Source: an uncultured Methanosarcinales archaeon
GTDB lineage: Archaea; Nanobdellota; Nanobdellia; Woesearchaeales; CAZYIM01
Length of the DNA stretch: 64,000 bases
Assembly: GCA_964647565.1 (NCBI GenBank)
Contig: CAZYIM010000007.1
Span: forward strand, 20,732-84,731
Direction: 5' to 3'
Part shown: positions 1-9,700 of the stretch, in pieces
How positions within the stretch are numbered: the stretch's first letter is position 1
Layout: each line of letters opens with the position of its first letter
Translations under genes and position numbers: made by a program
The notes under the pieces: model-generated
The model's database searches: none
Told to the model about the DNA's origin: nothing
The model's input: the letters and a program-made list of their open reading frames with translations, nothing else

Positions 1-3000
1 ACATGCGTATGGTTCTGAGTGCCCGTGGTGTCCATATCAGTCATGTTCACAAAGGCAGTTCCCGCTGTTGTACTGTACCTGCAGGTGCCTGCTTCATCTG
101 TATCGACATATACAGTGACATCAAGCTGTGTCTCTGTGGTTGACTGCTCGCCTGTCGGACCGCCAGAGACAGCTGAAGGTGGCACACTATCTGCAATCGA
201 GAAGTTATGCACTGTTAACCTTGACTGGTTTTTCAAGTCTGAACAGTTCACCCTGATATCATAGTTGCCGTTGCTCAAGGCACTAAATGCCACTGTAAAT
301 GTGTATATAGTACCTGTCTGGGCTGCAGCATCACCAGCTGCAAGCGCAGCGGTAGCATAGGATCCTGTTCCGTTGGTCAGGTTATAGACACAGAAACTGG
401 CGGCAGGATTTGCCTCCTTGGCTGTAAAGTTCAGGGTAAAGTAGCTGTTGGTCAATAGGGTATTGTTGACCGGATTGTTTATGGTCACTATCGGCGCCAA
501 TGTATCATTGACCAATGCACCTCCTGAAAGATGTGGCAGATAGAGCGTTGTATTTGCTGTTGTATTCACAAAACAAGCTTCTGCAGGAATTGTAACTGAA
601 GCAGGCGCAAGATTATTAGCACATTGTGCCAGACTATAGGTCTCAGTACCTGCATCATCTGCAATATAGATCACATCCAGATCGCCAAGTACCTGGTCAA
701 AGAACAATGCAACTGTATCGTAGGCATCATCTGCCAGGAAATCACTCATATCTGAGAAAAGCACTATCTGAGTGACATTAGTTCCAGTATTATTTCCAAC
801 ACTTTCAGACTCTGTAGAGGTTATGTTGATGTCAATTGTAAACGTCTGGTTCCAGTTGACATCCAAGCCGTCAAAGGACGGTATCTCCACAGCAACATCA
901 GTTCCGCTGCTATTGACAGTGAAGTTCATCGAGAGGGTCTTGTTGACAAAGATACTCTCGTTTCCAGAGATGTCTGTAGCATTGTCCAGGATTATTATAT
1001 CTGACAGTACACCTGCACCTGATGCCGCTATAAGGGAATTCTCAGTCTCGGAGAGATTGACTGCCCTGTTTACTTTGAATACAAGATTCCTAGGATCTCC
1101 CATGTTACCCGCCTCATCAATAGATCTAAAGACAGCTGTATGCCTTCCAGCTGAAAGACCGGTCAGAGTAGTCGTCTGGGTACCATTAGCAGTTGTGCTC
1201 TGAGTCCAGACACCACCATCAACAGAGATATTGGCTGTGGATAGGTTACCCTCAAAAATCGTCCAGCTCAGGCTGGCATTGCCATCTGCATTCGTAAAGA
1301 CAGTATCATTCGCTGTATTCACAACTATATCAGGCGTCAATGAATCAACATAGATAAGCGTTGTATTGTCATTAAAGGTATTGCCTGCTTCGTCAGGTCC
1401 AGACAACCACACGCGGCTATCACCACCTCCAGCACTTACAGTCATACTTCCGTTGAAGATATAGATGTTGCCTACGTGGGCAATCTCAGTAAGGTTAACC
1501 CTATCTGCAGGAGTATTTCCCGATTGCACATAGCTCATGTTCTGTTCAGTCAGGTTGACCCATACAACAATTGCTTGTCCAGGTCTCACATAACCATCAC
1601 TAATCACTATCTGGTTGACTACAGGCGTTGTATCATCTATCACAAAGGCAACTGTGTTATCTGTTGCCTGGTTAGCTGCATTATCAAGAGCCACAACATT
1701 GACAGGAGAAGCCCCGTTCAACAGATTGATCTGACCAGTCCAATTGTCCCCATTATTGACCCGAGTCAAGGCAGTGCCCTCCGCAGTCACAGACAATATA
1801 GATGCGTCTGTAACATTGACAGTCACTGTAACAGCTGTATTGTTCTGCACATAGCTGTCAGAAAGCACAACATTATTGATTGCAGGTGCTGTGTCATCAA
1901 TAGTATATGTAACACTGCTATTGATTGCTACATTTCCAGCTATATCCACTGCTATAACATCGACTGCATTGGTTGAGCCGTTGATCAATGTTATAGTGCC
2001 ATTATAGTCAGTGGCATTGATCCTGGTCAGATTGACGCCTTCAGCTGTAACATTCCTTATAGTATTGGTATCTGTTACAGTCACCTGGATAAAGACCTGT
2101 GTATTGTTCTGCACATATGTGTCATTCACAGTTATTGTCTCGAAAACAGGCGCAGTGTCATCTATGGTCACTGTTGTTGTCTCAGTAACATTGATATTTG
2201 CCACATCATCAGTTGCATTGATGGTGATGGTGCATACCCCGTCTGTAGTGCATCCTAATGCAGTACCATTAGTAGTCACAGTATAGAGTGTTCCTCCAGC
2301 GCTGGCCATTGTCACACCATTAGCTAGTACAGTACCTGATCCAAAGTTGGCATCAGTGACAGTAACATTGACCACAAAGTCAGTAGTGCTCTTGACTGCA
2401 TTATCAGCACCAGTAACAACAATACCAGTCACTCTGGGCGCAACATCATCAATAGTGAACTCAAGTGTTGTTGTATCATTGTAGTTGCCGGCCTGGTCTG
2501 TTGCATTGAAAGTCAATGTACAGTTGCCTTCCACTCCAGTAGTACATCCAAGAGTCTCTGGCTGCACATTCAACCTGAAATATCCTGTTGTGTTGGTGAT
2601 GGCTGTAGAGGTGCCCCCACTCAAAACAAGGACAGTTCCAGTTCCAAACAGGTTGTCGCTTACAGAGACATTCAAGTGCATCCATGCGTCGGATTGCAAT
2701 AATTTAGGTGTTATGTTCATCTGAGGATTATTTACAGTCGGCTTGGTGCCGTCAATCCTATAAGTGAAGTTCTGCTGGTTGTCAAATCCATTGGTATCCA
2801 GAGCAGTAACAGCTATGAGATAAGGTATGACCTCTACCCAAGCAGCAGGATCCAAGATGATCGAATAAGCTGTGGCTCCGCCTACACTTGTATTGGTGAC
2901 AGTAGTCCAGACAGTTGTATCATTGTAGATTGTATAGTTCACATGATCCAGTCCAATTGAGGATGCCGCAGTCACATTTATGCTTTGTGTTGGCTTGATC

Positions 3001-4670
3001 ACTGTAGCTGACGGAAGTGCACTCAATATCGGCATGTCCGACGGTGTTGCTGAGACAATGGCTGAAAGATTTCCTATATTGCTGTCATCATCATATGCAC
3101 CCACTCTGTACCAGTATTTCACGTTATTGGTCACAGCTGTATCTTCAAAATAAAGTGTACCTGTGCCCGTGACATTGGTCAATCTAGCCCAAGCGCCAGT
3201 CTTATTGGTATACAAGATGAAACCAGTCAAATCTGTGCAAGCAGTTGTATCGTTATTAGTGGTCACATTATTCCAAGATATATTGACGGTTGCATTGCCT
3301 GCTGTAATCGCTGCTCCAGTCACTATGGCAGGAGCAAGGTCATCCACAGATGCATTGGCAGCAGTTGCATTGACACCATAATTGGGTATCTCGTCATATG
3401 GAGAGACATCATACGAATATGATGTGCCGTCTGTTCGGCCTGTATCTGTATAAGTGACATTGTTAATACCGATATTAGTCCTTATCAGGACATCATCCCT
3501 AAATATCCTGTATCCAACTGTATCAGCGCTCACACTCGCAGTCCAAGATATCAACAAGCTGCCCTCGTTATTAGGTACATCAACTACAGTCAATCCTGCT
3601 ACAGCAGTAGGTGCTAAACCATCTGTAGGTGTTGCAGGTGCAGGGTCCACAGGAGTTACGTTGAAGTTACCTGAGGTATCTACAGCCACAACTGCAAAGC
3701 TATATGATGTAGTGTCTGTAAGGCCAGTCACATTGACAGTCAAGGTTCCAACAGCACTAATATTATTTGAGTTAGTCACGCTTGCTGCAGAGACATTGGT
3801 GATTGTTGCCTCATCATAATAGACATTGTAGTGGTCAAAATCAGCAGCAGCGCTCTGGGTCCACACAAGTGTAACGGTACCAGATGCGCCTGCAGTATCT
3901 GATGCATTTACATCAATAATAGGTGCAGGAGGCACAATGTCAGGCGTTGTCTTGGTCACCGTGTTAGAGGCGTCAGCTTCATTGGCTGAATAATCGTGGG
4001 CAGTCACAACATAGTAATATGTTGAGCTGTTCACAGTCACAGTGTCTGCGTAATACGTATTTGTAGTCTTTCCAAGCAGGTTTCCTGCTGCCTTGATGCC
4101 AACACTAGAGGTGCTTCTGTATACGCTGTAGTTGAGTACAGCAATGTTGTCATTAGGCGCGGTCCAGGAAAGGTTCACATTGGATGTGGAGAGGTTCACG
4201 TAGGTCAGATCAGCAATTGCAGAGGGGGCAGTTGTGTCATTTATTGTGACATTAAAATTGCTGATTGCAGCCGGGGCTCCAAGAGTCTTGTTGCCCTCAT
4301 TTATAGCGATACCATTCACAAAGACAGCCACTTCATCGTTCTGCTGGCCTGACTTAACAAGCGAAGCATTATTGTCCATAGCTATCCTTACGACAAATTG
4401 GTCTGTTGCTCCAGGAGTGTACGTAGCAAAGGTCTCGTAACCAGTGGTCGAGTTCCTCTTGTTGCCCGAAGCTCCCAGAGTGAAGTTAGTCAGCATGTTC
4501 GCTCCTTTGACTACAGATACGACCAGGAAATTATCATTTTGGTCAGCATAATAACCATCCAGGTTAATATAACCCATCATAAAATGGTCTGTCTGTGGGA
4601 TTGCCACAGTAAAGTTAGACAAAATCAGTGCTAATAATAGCACTAAGAATACCCCTCCTATTTTCCTCAT
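1..4670 (-). CDS. Large secreted surface protein (>1556 aa, 3' end outside window) with four fibronectin type III-like repeats followed by Ig-like repeats
   Basis: Absent from the ORF track, consistent with no in-window stop. ATG at 4670 with GAGGTG RBS (4678-4683). Manual translation gives signal peptide MRKIGGVFLVLLLALILSNFTVA, then FN3-type blocks (DTTAPSAIADL..VNLSWTAPNDNIAVLNYSVYRS..YYYVVTAHD) about four times at ~4240-3050, then repeated A-x-D-x-A-G-N / D-x-x-x-P Ig-like units with many NxS/T sequons. Confidence 0.88.
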   Translation of the reverse strand, partial: MRKIGGVFLVLLLALILSNFTVAIPQTDHFMMGYINLDGYYADQNDNFLVVSVVKGANMLTNFTLGASGNKRNSTTGYETFATYTPGATDQFVVRIAMDNNASLVKSGQQNDEVAVFVNGIAINEGNKTLGAPAAISNFNVTINDTTAPSAIADLTYVNLSTSNVNLSWTAPNDNIAVLNYSVYRSTSSVGIKAAGNLLGKTTNTYYADTVTVNSSTYYYVVTAHDYSANEADASNTVTKTTPDIVPPAPIIDVNASDTAGASGTVTLVWTQSAAADFDHYNVYYDEATITNVSAASVTNSNNISAVGTLTVNVTGLTDTTSYSFAVVAVDTSGNFNVTPVDPAPATPTDGLAPTAVAGLTVVDVPNNEGSLLISWTASVSADTVGYRIFRDDVLIRTNIGINNVTYTDTGRTDGTSYSYDVSPYDEIPNYGVNATAANASVDDLAPAIVTGAAITAGNATVNISWNNVTTNNDTTACTDLTGFILYTNKTGAWARLTNVTGTGTLYFEDTAVTNNVKYWYRVGAYDDDSNIGNLSAIVSATPSDMPILSALPSATVIKPTQSINVTAASSIGLDHVNYTIYNDTTVWTTVTNTSVGGATAYSIILDPAAWVEVIPYLIAVTALDTNGFDNQQNFTYRIDGTKPTVNNPQMNITPKLLQSDAWMHLNVSVSDNLFGTGTVLVLSGGTSTAITNTTGYFRLNVQPETLGCTTGVEGNCTLTFNATDQAGNYNDTTTLEFTIDDVAPRVTGIVVTGADNAVKSTTDFVVNVTVTDANFGSGTVLANGVTMASAGGTLYTVTTNGTALGCTTDGVCTITINATDDVANINVTETTTVTIDDTAPVFETITVNDTYVQNNTQVFIQVTVTDTNTIRNVTAEGVNLTRINATDYNGTITLINGSTNAVDVIAVDIAGNVAINSSVTYTIDDTAPAINNVVLSDSYVQNNTAVTVTVNVTDASILSVTAEGTALTRVNNGDNWTGQINLLNGASPVNVVALDNAANQATDNTVAFVIDDTTPVVNQIVISDGYVRPGQAIVVWVNLTEQNMSYVQSGNTPADRVNLTEIAHVGNIYIFNGSMTVSAGGGDSRVWLSGPDEAGNTFNDNTTLIYVDSLTPDIVVNTANDTVFTNADGNASLSWTIFEGNLSTANISVDGGVWTQSTTANGTQTTTLTGLSAGRHTAVFRSIDEAGNMGDPRNLVFKVNRAVNLSETENSLIAASGAGVLSDIIILDNATDISGNESIFVNKTLSMNFTVNSSGTDVAVEIPSFDGLDVNWNQTFTIDINITSTESESVGNNTGTNVTQIVLFSDMSDFLADDAYDTVALFFDQVLGDLDVIYIADDAGTETYSLAQCANNLAPASVTIPAEACFVNTTANTTLYLPHLSGGALVNDTLAPIVTINNPVNNTLLTNSYFTLNFTAKEANPAASFCVYNLTNGTGSYATAALAAGDAAAQTGTIYTFTVAFSALSNGNYDIRVNCSDLKNQSRLTVHNFSIADSVPPSAVSGGPTGEQSTTETQLDVTVYVDTDEAGTCRYSTTAGTAFVNMTDMDTTGTQNHTH

Positions 4671-4714
4671 TTTTTTGCACCTCTTTTTGAGTTGGTTTTT
4701 TTAAAGTCAAAAAA

Positions 4715-4746
4715 ACACCAGAAATTCTTACAGAATTTCTCAGTGT
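4715..4746. repeat. Intergenic hairpin AGAAATTCT-tac-AGAATTTCT with outer ACAC/GTGT
   Basis: Perfect 9-bp inverted repeat at 4720-4740 in the spacer between two co-oriented genes. Confidence 0.6.
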
Positions 4747-4766
4747 CTTTTCGAAATTGTTTATCA

Positions 4767-5516
4767 TTACTTATGTTTTTTCCAAATCTGTTTTTGTCTT
4801 TGGTGATGTTTTGGTTTTTTGTGTATATTCATATAAACAAAGACTATGATTGCAATGACCACTACTATGACGAGTAACCATATCCACCAAGTGCTGCTGG
4901 TGTCCTCTGTACCTGCAGGCTCCTCACCCTTAGGCGCTGTGTCGTCTCCTGTTTCAGGTTCTTGATCATCTGCAGGCGGCTCGTCTCCTGTCTCAAGAGG
5001 CTCTTCGTCATCACCTGTGGTTATGGTGACTCCTGGATCATCCTCTTCAGGATTCAGCTCTTTGCCCTCCATGGTGTCAGTTGCGTCAGAGTTAACAACC
5101 TTGATCTGCTCCCTGGTTGTCAAGGTAGGCTCGCGACCAGTTGCAACAACTGTTATCAACAACTCTTCTGTCTCACCCATGCCGCCGACAATAAGAGGGT
5201 TTTCTTCTATAGGGTAGCCGTCAACATATATCTCGAACGTATCTCCCTCGCAAGCAGCTGAAATCATGGTAGAGCATTCACTATCAAGAGGAATTTTCAG
5301 TATATAGTTGTCAGTATCCCTATCACCCATCTGGTAAAATTCAAGAGTCTGGCCGTCAACCTGAGCTGTAACAATATGATCTGTATTGACCTTGGTCAAC
5401 ATCAGGTTGTTGAACTTGACTCGCCCATACACACTAAAGGGCGGTATAGGTATAGCCAGGCTTGAGGCCATTAATATGAAAATAAAAAATAAACACAAAA
5501 AAATAGTTTTTCTCAT
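4767..5516 (-). CDS. Secreted, C-terminally membrane-anchored protein (249 aa)
   Basis: Signal peptide, P-x-x-x-x-G-x-V beta domain similar to the N-terminus of the 4670 ORF, acidic/Pro linker, TM helix WWIWLLVIVVVIAIIVFVY, basic tail. Starts 1 nt after the stop of the upstream gene. Confidence 0.85.
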   Translation of the reverse strand: MRKTIFLCLFFIFILMASSLAIPIPPFSVYGRVKFNNLMLTKVNTDHIVTAQVDGQTLEFYQMGDRDTDNYILKIPLDSECSTMISAACEGDTFEIYVDGYPIEENPLIVGGMGETEELLITVVATGREPTLTTREQIKVVNSDATDTMEGKELNPEEDDPGVTITTGDDEEPLETGDEPPADDQEPETGDDTAPKGEEPAGTEDTSSTWWIWLLVIVVVIAIIVFVYMNIHKKPKHHQRQKQIWKKHK

Positions 5517-5517
5517 T

Positions 5518-6783
5518 TTAGCTCAGGCTCCATGTGTCAGTTGCAGTACCATACAGCCAGAAGCCTCTTCCCGGATACAAGGTGGAAAGATCGTTTAGGA
5601 ACGACAAGCTCGGATCAGAATAGTAAACCCTGAAGACACCGCTTGAGAATCCCCACATAGATGAGTAGGATCCGTCAATTGAGGTCATAGCAGTAGCCAC
5701 ATCCAGTCCGTCTGAATCAATTGAATTCAATCCGACCAGGTTCCATCCAGAAACAATCGCAACACTGTCTGTATTTGCATCGCCAGCAAACAATAGATTA
5801 TCTGCGCCGGTCATGGACAGCCAGTATCCCTTGCCTGGCACAATATTGGTCAGGTCATTCAGAAACGACAAGCTCGGATCAGAATAATACACCTGGAACA
5901 CTCCACTGGTGAATCCCCAGACAGATACATAGTTGCCGTCAATGCTTGACAAGGCCCCTCCAACTGACGCATTATCCAGATCAACAGGTGTGCTGAACAG
6001 GTTCCAACCGGATATCAAGGATATGTTAACACTGACTACACCTGTTCCATTGCTGACATTGATTATGGTGGTTGCACTTGCATCCCTTGCATTGTCAGAT
6101 GTGATGCTGACATTGAAATCATAATCCATTCCAGGCGGCAAAGGAGGAAGCTGCAGGTTCCATGTTATGTACTTGGTAGTCGATTCAGAGACATCTATGA
6201 CAATGTCTGTCTTGTTCTCAGTGCCATTGATAGTACCGTTCAGGGTTGTGGTCAGGATGATATCAATGTTCCTTATATCTACCTGTGATTGGCTTGTTGT
6301 TATTGCCAGCGTCACAGAGACATTGTTATCAGTTCCATTGGTGACAGTGTAGTTGTCGTCGCTAAAAGTTGGTGTTATGGTCTGTGGCGGCAATACATTG
6401 ACAACTGTACTCTTCGAAGCGATGTTATTGCTGTCGTCTGAGTGCGTAAAGGTCCATGTTATGGTCCTTCCATGAATATTCAACATACAAGCAAGACCTA
6501 CTCCTGTGATCTCAAAGGTCGTCGAAGGATTTGAACCAGTGACTTGTTTGCTTGATGAGTCAAGCTGTATACAGCTGGTTGAGAAGCCGCTTGGCTCAAT
6601 GGTCACTGTGTCTGTCGTTGCTCCTATATCCGAGCAAGTCACAGTCACATCCTCGCTGCTGCCCTGTATGACAGCCATAGAAGAGGCGACAGTACAGGTT
6701 GTTGCTGTTGCCATGCCTGCCAAGATAACAAGCATCAATGTCATTATTGCCAACAGGATTGTCTTTTTCATTTTAGTCATCAT
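5518..6783 (-). CDS. Secreted protein (421 aa) with duplicated C-terminal GWNL...PGxG(Y/F)W beta module
   Basis: Signal peptide. Two ~85-aa repeats each contain SGWNL, SIDG.Y.S.WGF, YYSDPSLSFLNDL and PG.G.WL. 1-nt gap to both neighbours. Confidence 0.88.
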   Translation of the reverse strand: MMTKMKKTILLAIMTLMLVILAGMATATTCTVASSMAVIQGSSEDVTVTCSDIGATTDTVTIEPSGFSTSCIQLDSSSKQVTGSNPSTTFEITGVGLACMLNIHGRTITWTFTHSDDSNNIASKSTVVNVLPPQTITPTFSDDNYTVTNGTDNNVSVTLAITTSQSQVDIRNIDIILTTTLNGTINGTENKTDIVIDVSESTTKYITWNLQLPPLPPGMDYDFNVSITSDNARDASATTIINVSNGTGVVSVNISLISGWNLFSTPVDLDNASVGGALSSIDGNYVSVWGFTSGVFQVYYSDPSLSFLNDLTNIVPGKGYWLSMTGADNLLFAGDANTDSVAIVSGWNLVGLNSIDSDGLDVATAMTSIDGSYSSMWGFSSGVFRVYYSDPSLSFLNDLSTLYPGRGFWLYGTATDTWSLS

Positions 6784-6784
6784 T

Positions 6785-9700
6785 TTACCACACCCCCCCA
6801 GTAGAATTCATGTACAGGGAAACATCTGCCCAGAAATTGGTCGGATCTGCAGGCACCCTCAACTGACATTGGTCAGCTGCCTGGTCTGCTAATGGATCAA
6901 GCAATATCACTCCATTATCCAATGGCAAGTCATTCTCCCAGTCAGAGACATCTACAGTATCATAGATAATGTCATTCGTTGTTGTAGTATCTGCAGGGCT
7001 ATGACCAAAATAATCGATCCTCGTCCTAGCTGGCCAGGTAGTGTTAGCTTCAAAGTATATATCTAATGTCTCAAAGCCACCAGGTAATGAAATATTGCCG
7101 TTGTCATTCGCTGGATCCCACGCAACATCAACTCCAAGATTCATATTGGCAGGATCAAGGAAGAATAGATTACTGCCTCCTGTTGGAAGACTGGTCACAA
7201 AGACAGCCTTATTATTGACTGAATCCCAATAAAAGACATCAATGGAAAAGTTCGAGGAATAGAGATAGACCTTATCAGTAATGGTTCCATTGATACTGAT
7301 GCCAGTGTTGGTTGTATTCGAACTTATCCTTAAAGATGATTCTCCAGCATGCAAGGGTGATCCATCTAATCCATTTGCATAAAGGGACTCTACAACAGTA
7401 TCAACAGTGTAGAGTGTATAGCTGTTCACAACAGGCACTGAGATGTTGAGCCTAACCCGATCCGTGTCTGCCCAATTCCAAGGAGTCCATATAGCATGGC
7501 CATCCTTGGTCCTGGTGCTTTGGTTCCATGCAGAAATATCACGCGTTCCATACAAGACATCATCTGTTATTGACGTCCTTGAAGTGCTGTGGCCAAAATA
7601 ATTGAATTCCCCAGGATTAGAAGGATCTTCTTCAAAGTAAAGGAAAATATCCTGGTCAGAGTCCACTATGATAAACGTACCGTTGTCATTGGTGGTATCC
7701 CAATGTATGTCTATAGGTATAGAAGTGACGCCTGTATCAATAAAGAAGACAGCATCTGCGTTAGTAGTCAATGACCTATGGAATACTGCTTTGGAAGTCC
7801 CTACATCCCTATAATAGATATCAAGGCTTGAACCATCCGAATATAAATAAGCTTCGTCTGTGGTCTTACCACCGACAATCAGGCCTACATTTCCATTACT
7901 CACAGATTCGAATCTCAAAACTTTAGCTGATGAAACATCTGGCGAAGGATTGCCTGGCAAAGCATATAGGTCCTGAGTACTCATTTCAAAATCATAGGTT
8001 ATGATGTCAGTGCTCGACAAGCCATCAAACTTTATGCAAAGGTAGTTTCCAGGTGTGCAAGCCTCTTCACCAACATATAACGGATGCTGTATGGCAGGAT
8101 TTTCAGTTTCATCAGGATCGTCGACATCCAAGAACCATCTCGTTCCTAAGGTCATATATTGTGTATCAAGACCAGACAACACCCAAGTCCAAATTGGATT
8201 AGTTACATCTTCTCCCATGAATGCATCATTGTGGCTATATGTTTTTGTACTTCCATTATCCAGCTCAACAGTTACTGAATCATCTGATGGTGCGCCCACG
8301 ATTTTCAGGGTCTTGCCTAAGAATGGAAGCAAGATGAATTCAGTTGGAGATGTGTTGGATATATAGTTGCCGTTCTGCAGACCATCATCAAAGTGTGGAT
8401 TATAGTAAAGGTCTGCAACAGTAATAGGTATAAACACTCTCTCCTGCCAAGCATCAGAAGGTAGAAATGTCAGACCAGTCTCAACAGCTATTCCTGGGTT
8501 CAGAACCAAGTCTTCTGAAAAGTTGTAGTCATTGTTGACACCATTGATATTAATATTCATAACTGTTTCTATCATCTCAGAAATGTCTTGATTGTTGACT
8601 ATGCTTCCAAACATACCCGGATCTCTCAGTTGAGTGCCTAGCGGTACGTCCAGGTTCCAGGCCGCTGAAGTTACTGCAGGTTGTCCGCAGACAGCATTTA
8701 AGGACAGGTTCCTGATATGTGACCAGACATTCGAGTCCAATGTATTCCAGATCTCAATCATCATGGTCTGGCCAGGATAGTTGTTAAATTGGGTCATGTT
8801 GAATGTGTAGACTCCATATGCGGCGCCGGTTGCATTCAGTATAGTTGCTGTCTCATTGAACAATGTACCCATGGTCGTGTTATGTACATGGACTAATATC
8901 GTATTATCCACACCTGCACGTCCTTCAAATGTCAAGTTGTAGTATGTACAGTCTGAACGCAATTTAACACCTTGCTCGATGACACCCAATAACTCTTCAT
9001 CGTTGCTGCCCATCAGATGCAAGACATTTGGCTGATCCACTACAGGATCACAGCTGCCTGTTGTATCAGTGGTATAGCAGTACAGGTTGATCAGTGATGC
9101 ATTGTTCATCCACTGGTGGAGACCAATGCCACTCCTGGTTGCATTGAATTCAGTCTCATCACTAATAGTGAAATTCCTGAACTGAGGATTCAATAAGAAT
9201 CCAGACGTGCTGACAGGAGGTCCTTGAGGAGCTTCGTTCAAACAAACAGAGTCACATCCATCTCCATTGTCTGTGTTGCTGTCATCACACTCTTCATTCA
9301 GGTTCAATACAGCCGTACAGTCATTGTTACAGTAGCTACCGCTATGGATTGTACCGTCACCACATGTTTCTGTAACAGTATTACTGTCATCACAAACCTC
9401 AGATCCAGTTGGACTACCGTCTCCACAAACATCTGGAACTGAAGGAGCACTTCCATTGGAAAACTTGACCAACCAGAAGTCTTCATTGCCTGCTCCAAGG
9501 GAGTCTGTGTTTCCCACTATCACAACACTATTATCTTCCGCTACGATAACATCATAACCATTCTCAGTAGGTACATAGCCCCAGAGCAATCCCCATTCAA
9601 CTTCACCAGTAGAATTGGTTTGGACAATCAATAAATCCTCGCTACCTGCCCCAAGAACAGAATCAGAAAATCCGACCAGGACAAATCCGCCGGAAGATGT

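Noticed and set aside
5530..6015. Repeat pair as a diversity-generating retroelement TR/VR
   Set aside because: Differences are not adenine-specific, both copies are in-frame parts of one gene, and no reverse transcriptase is in the window.
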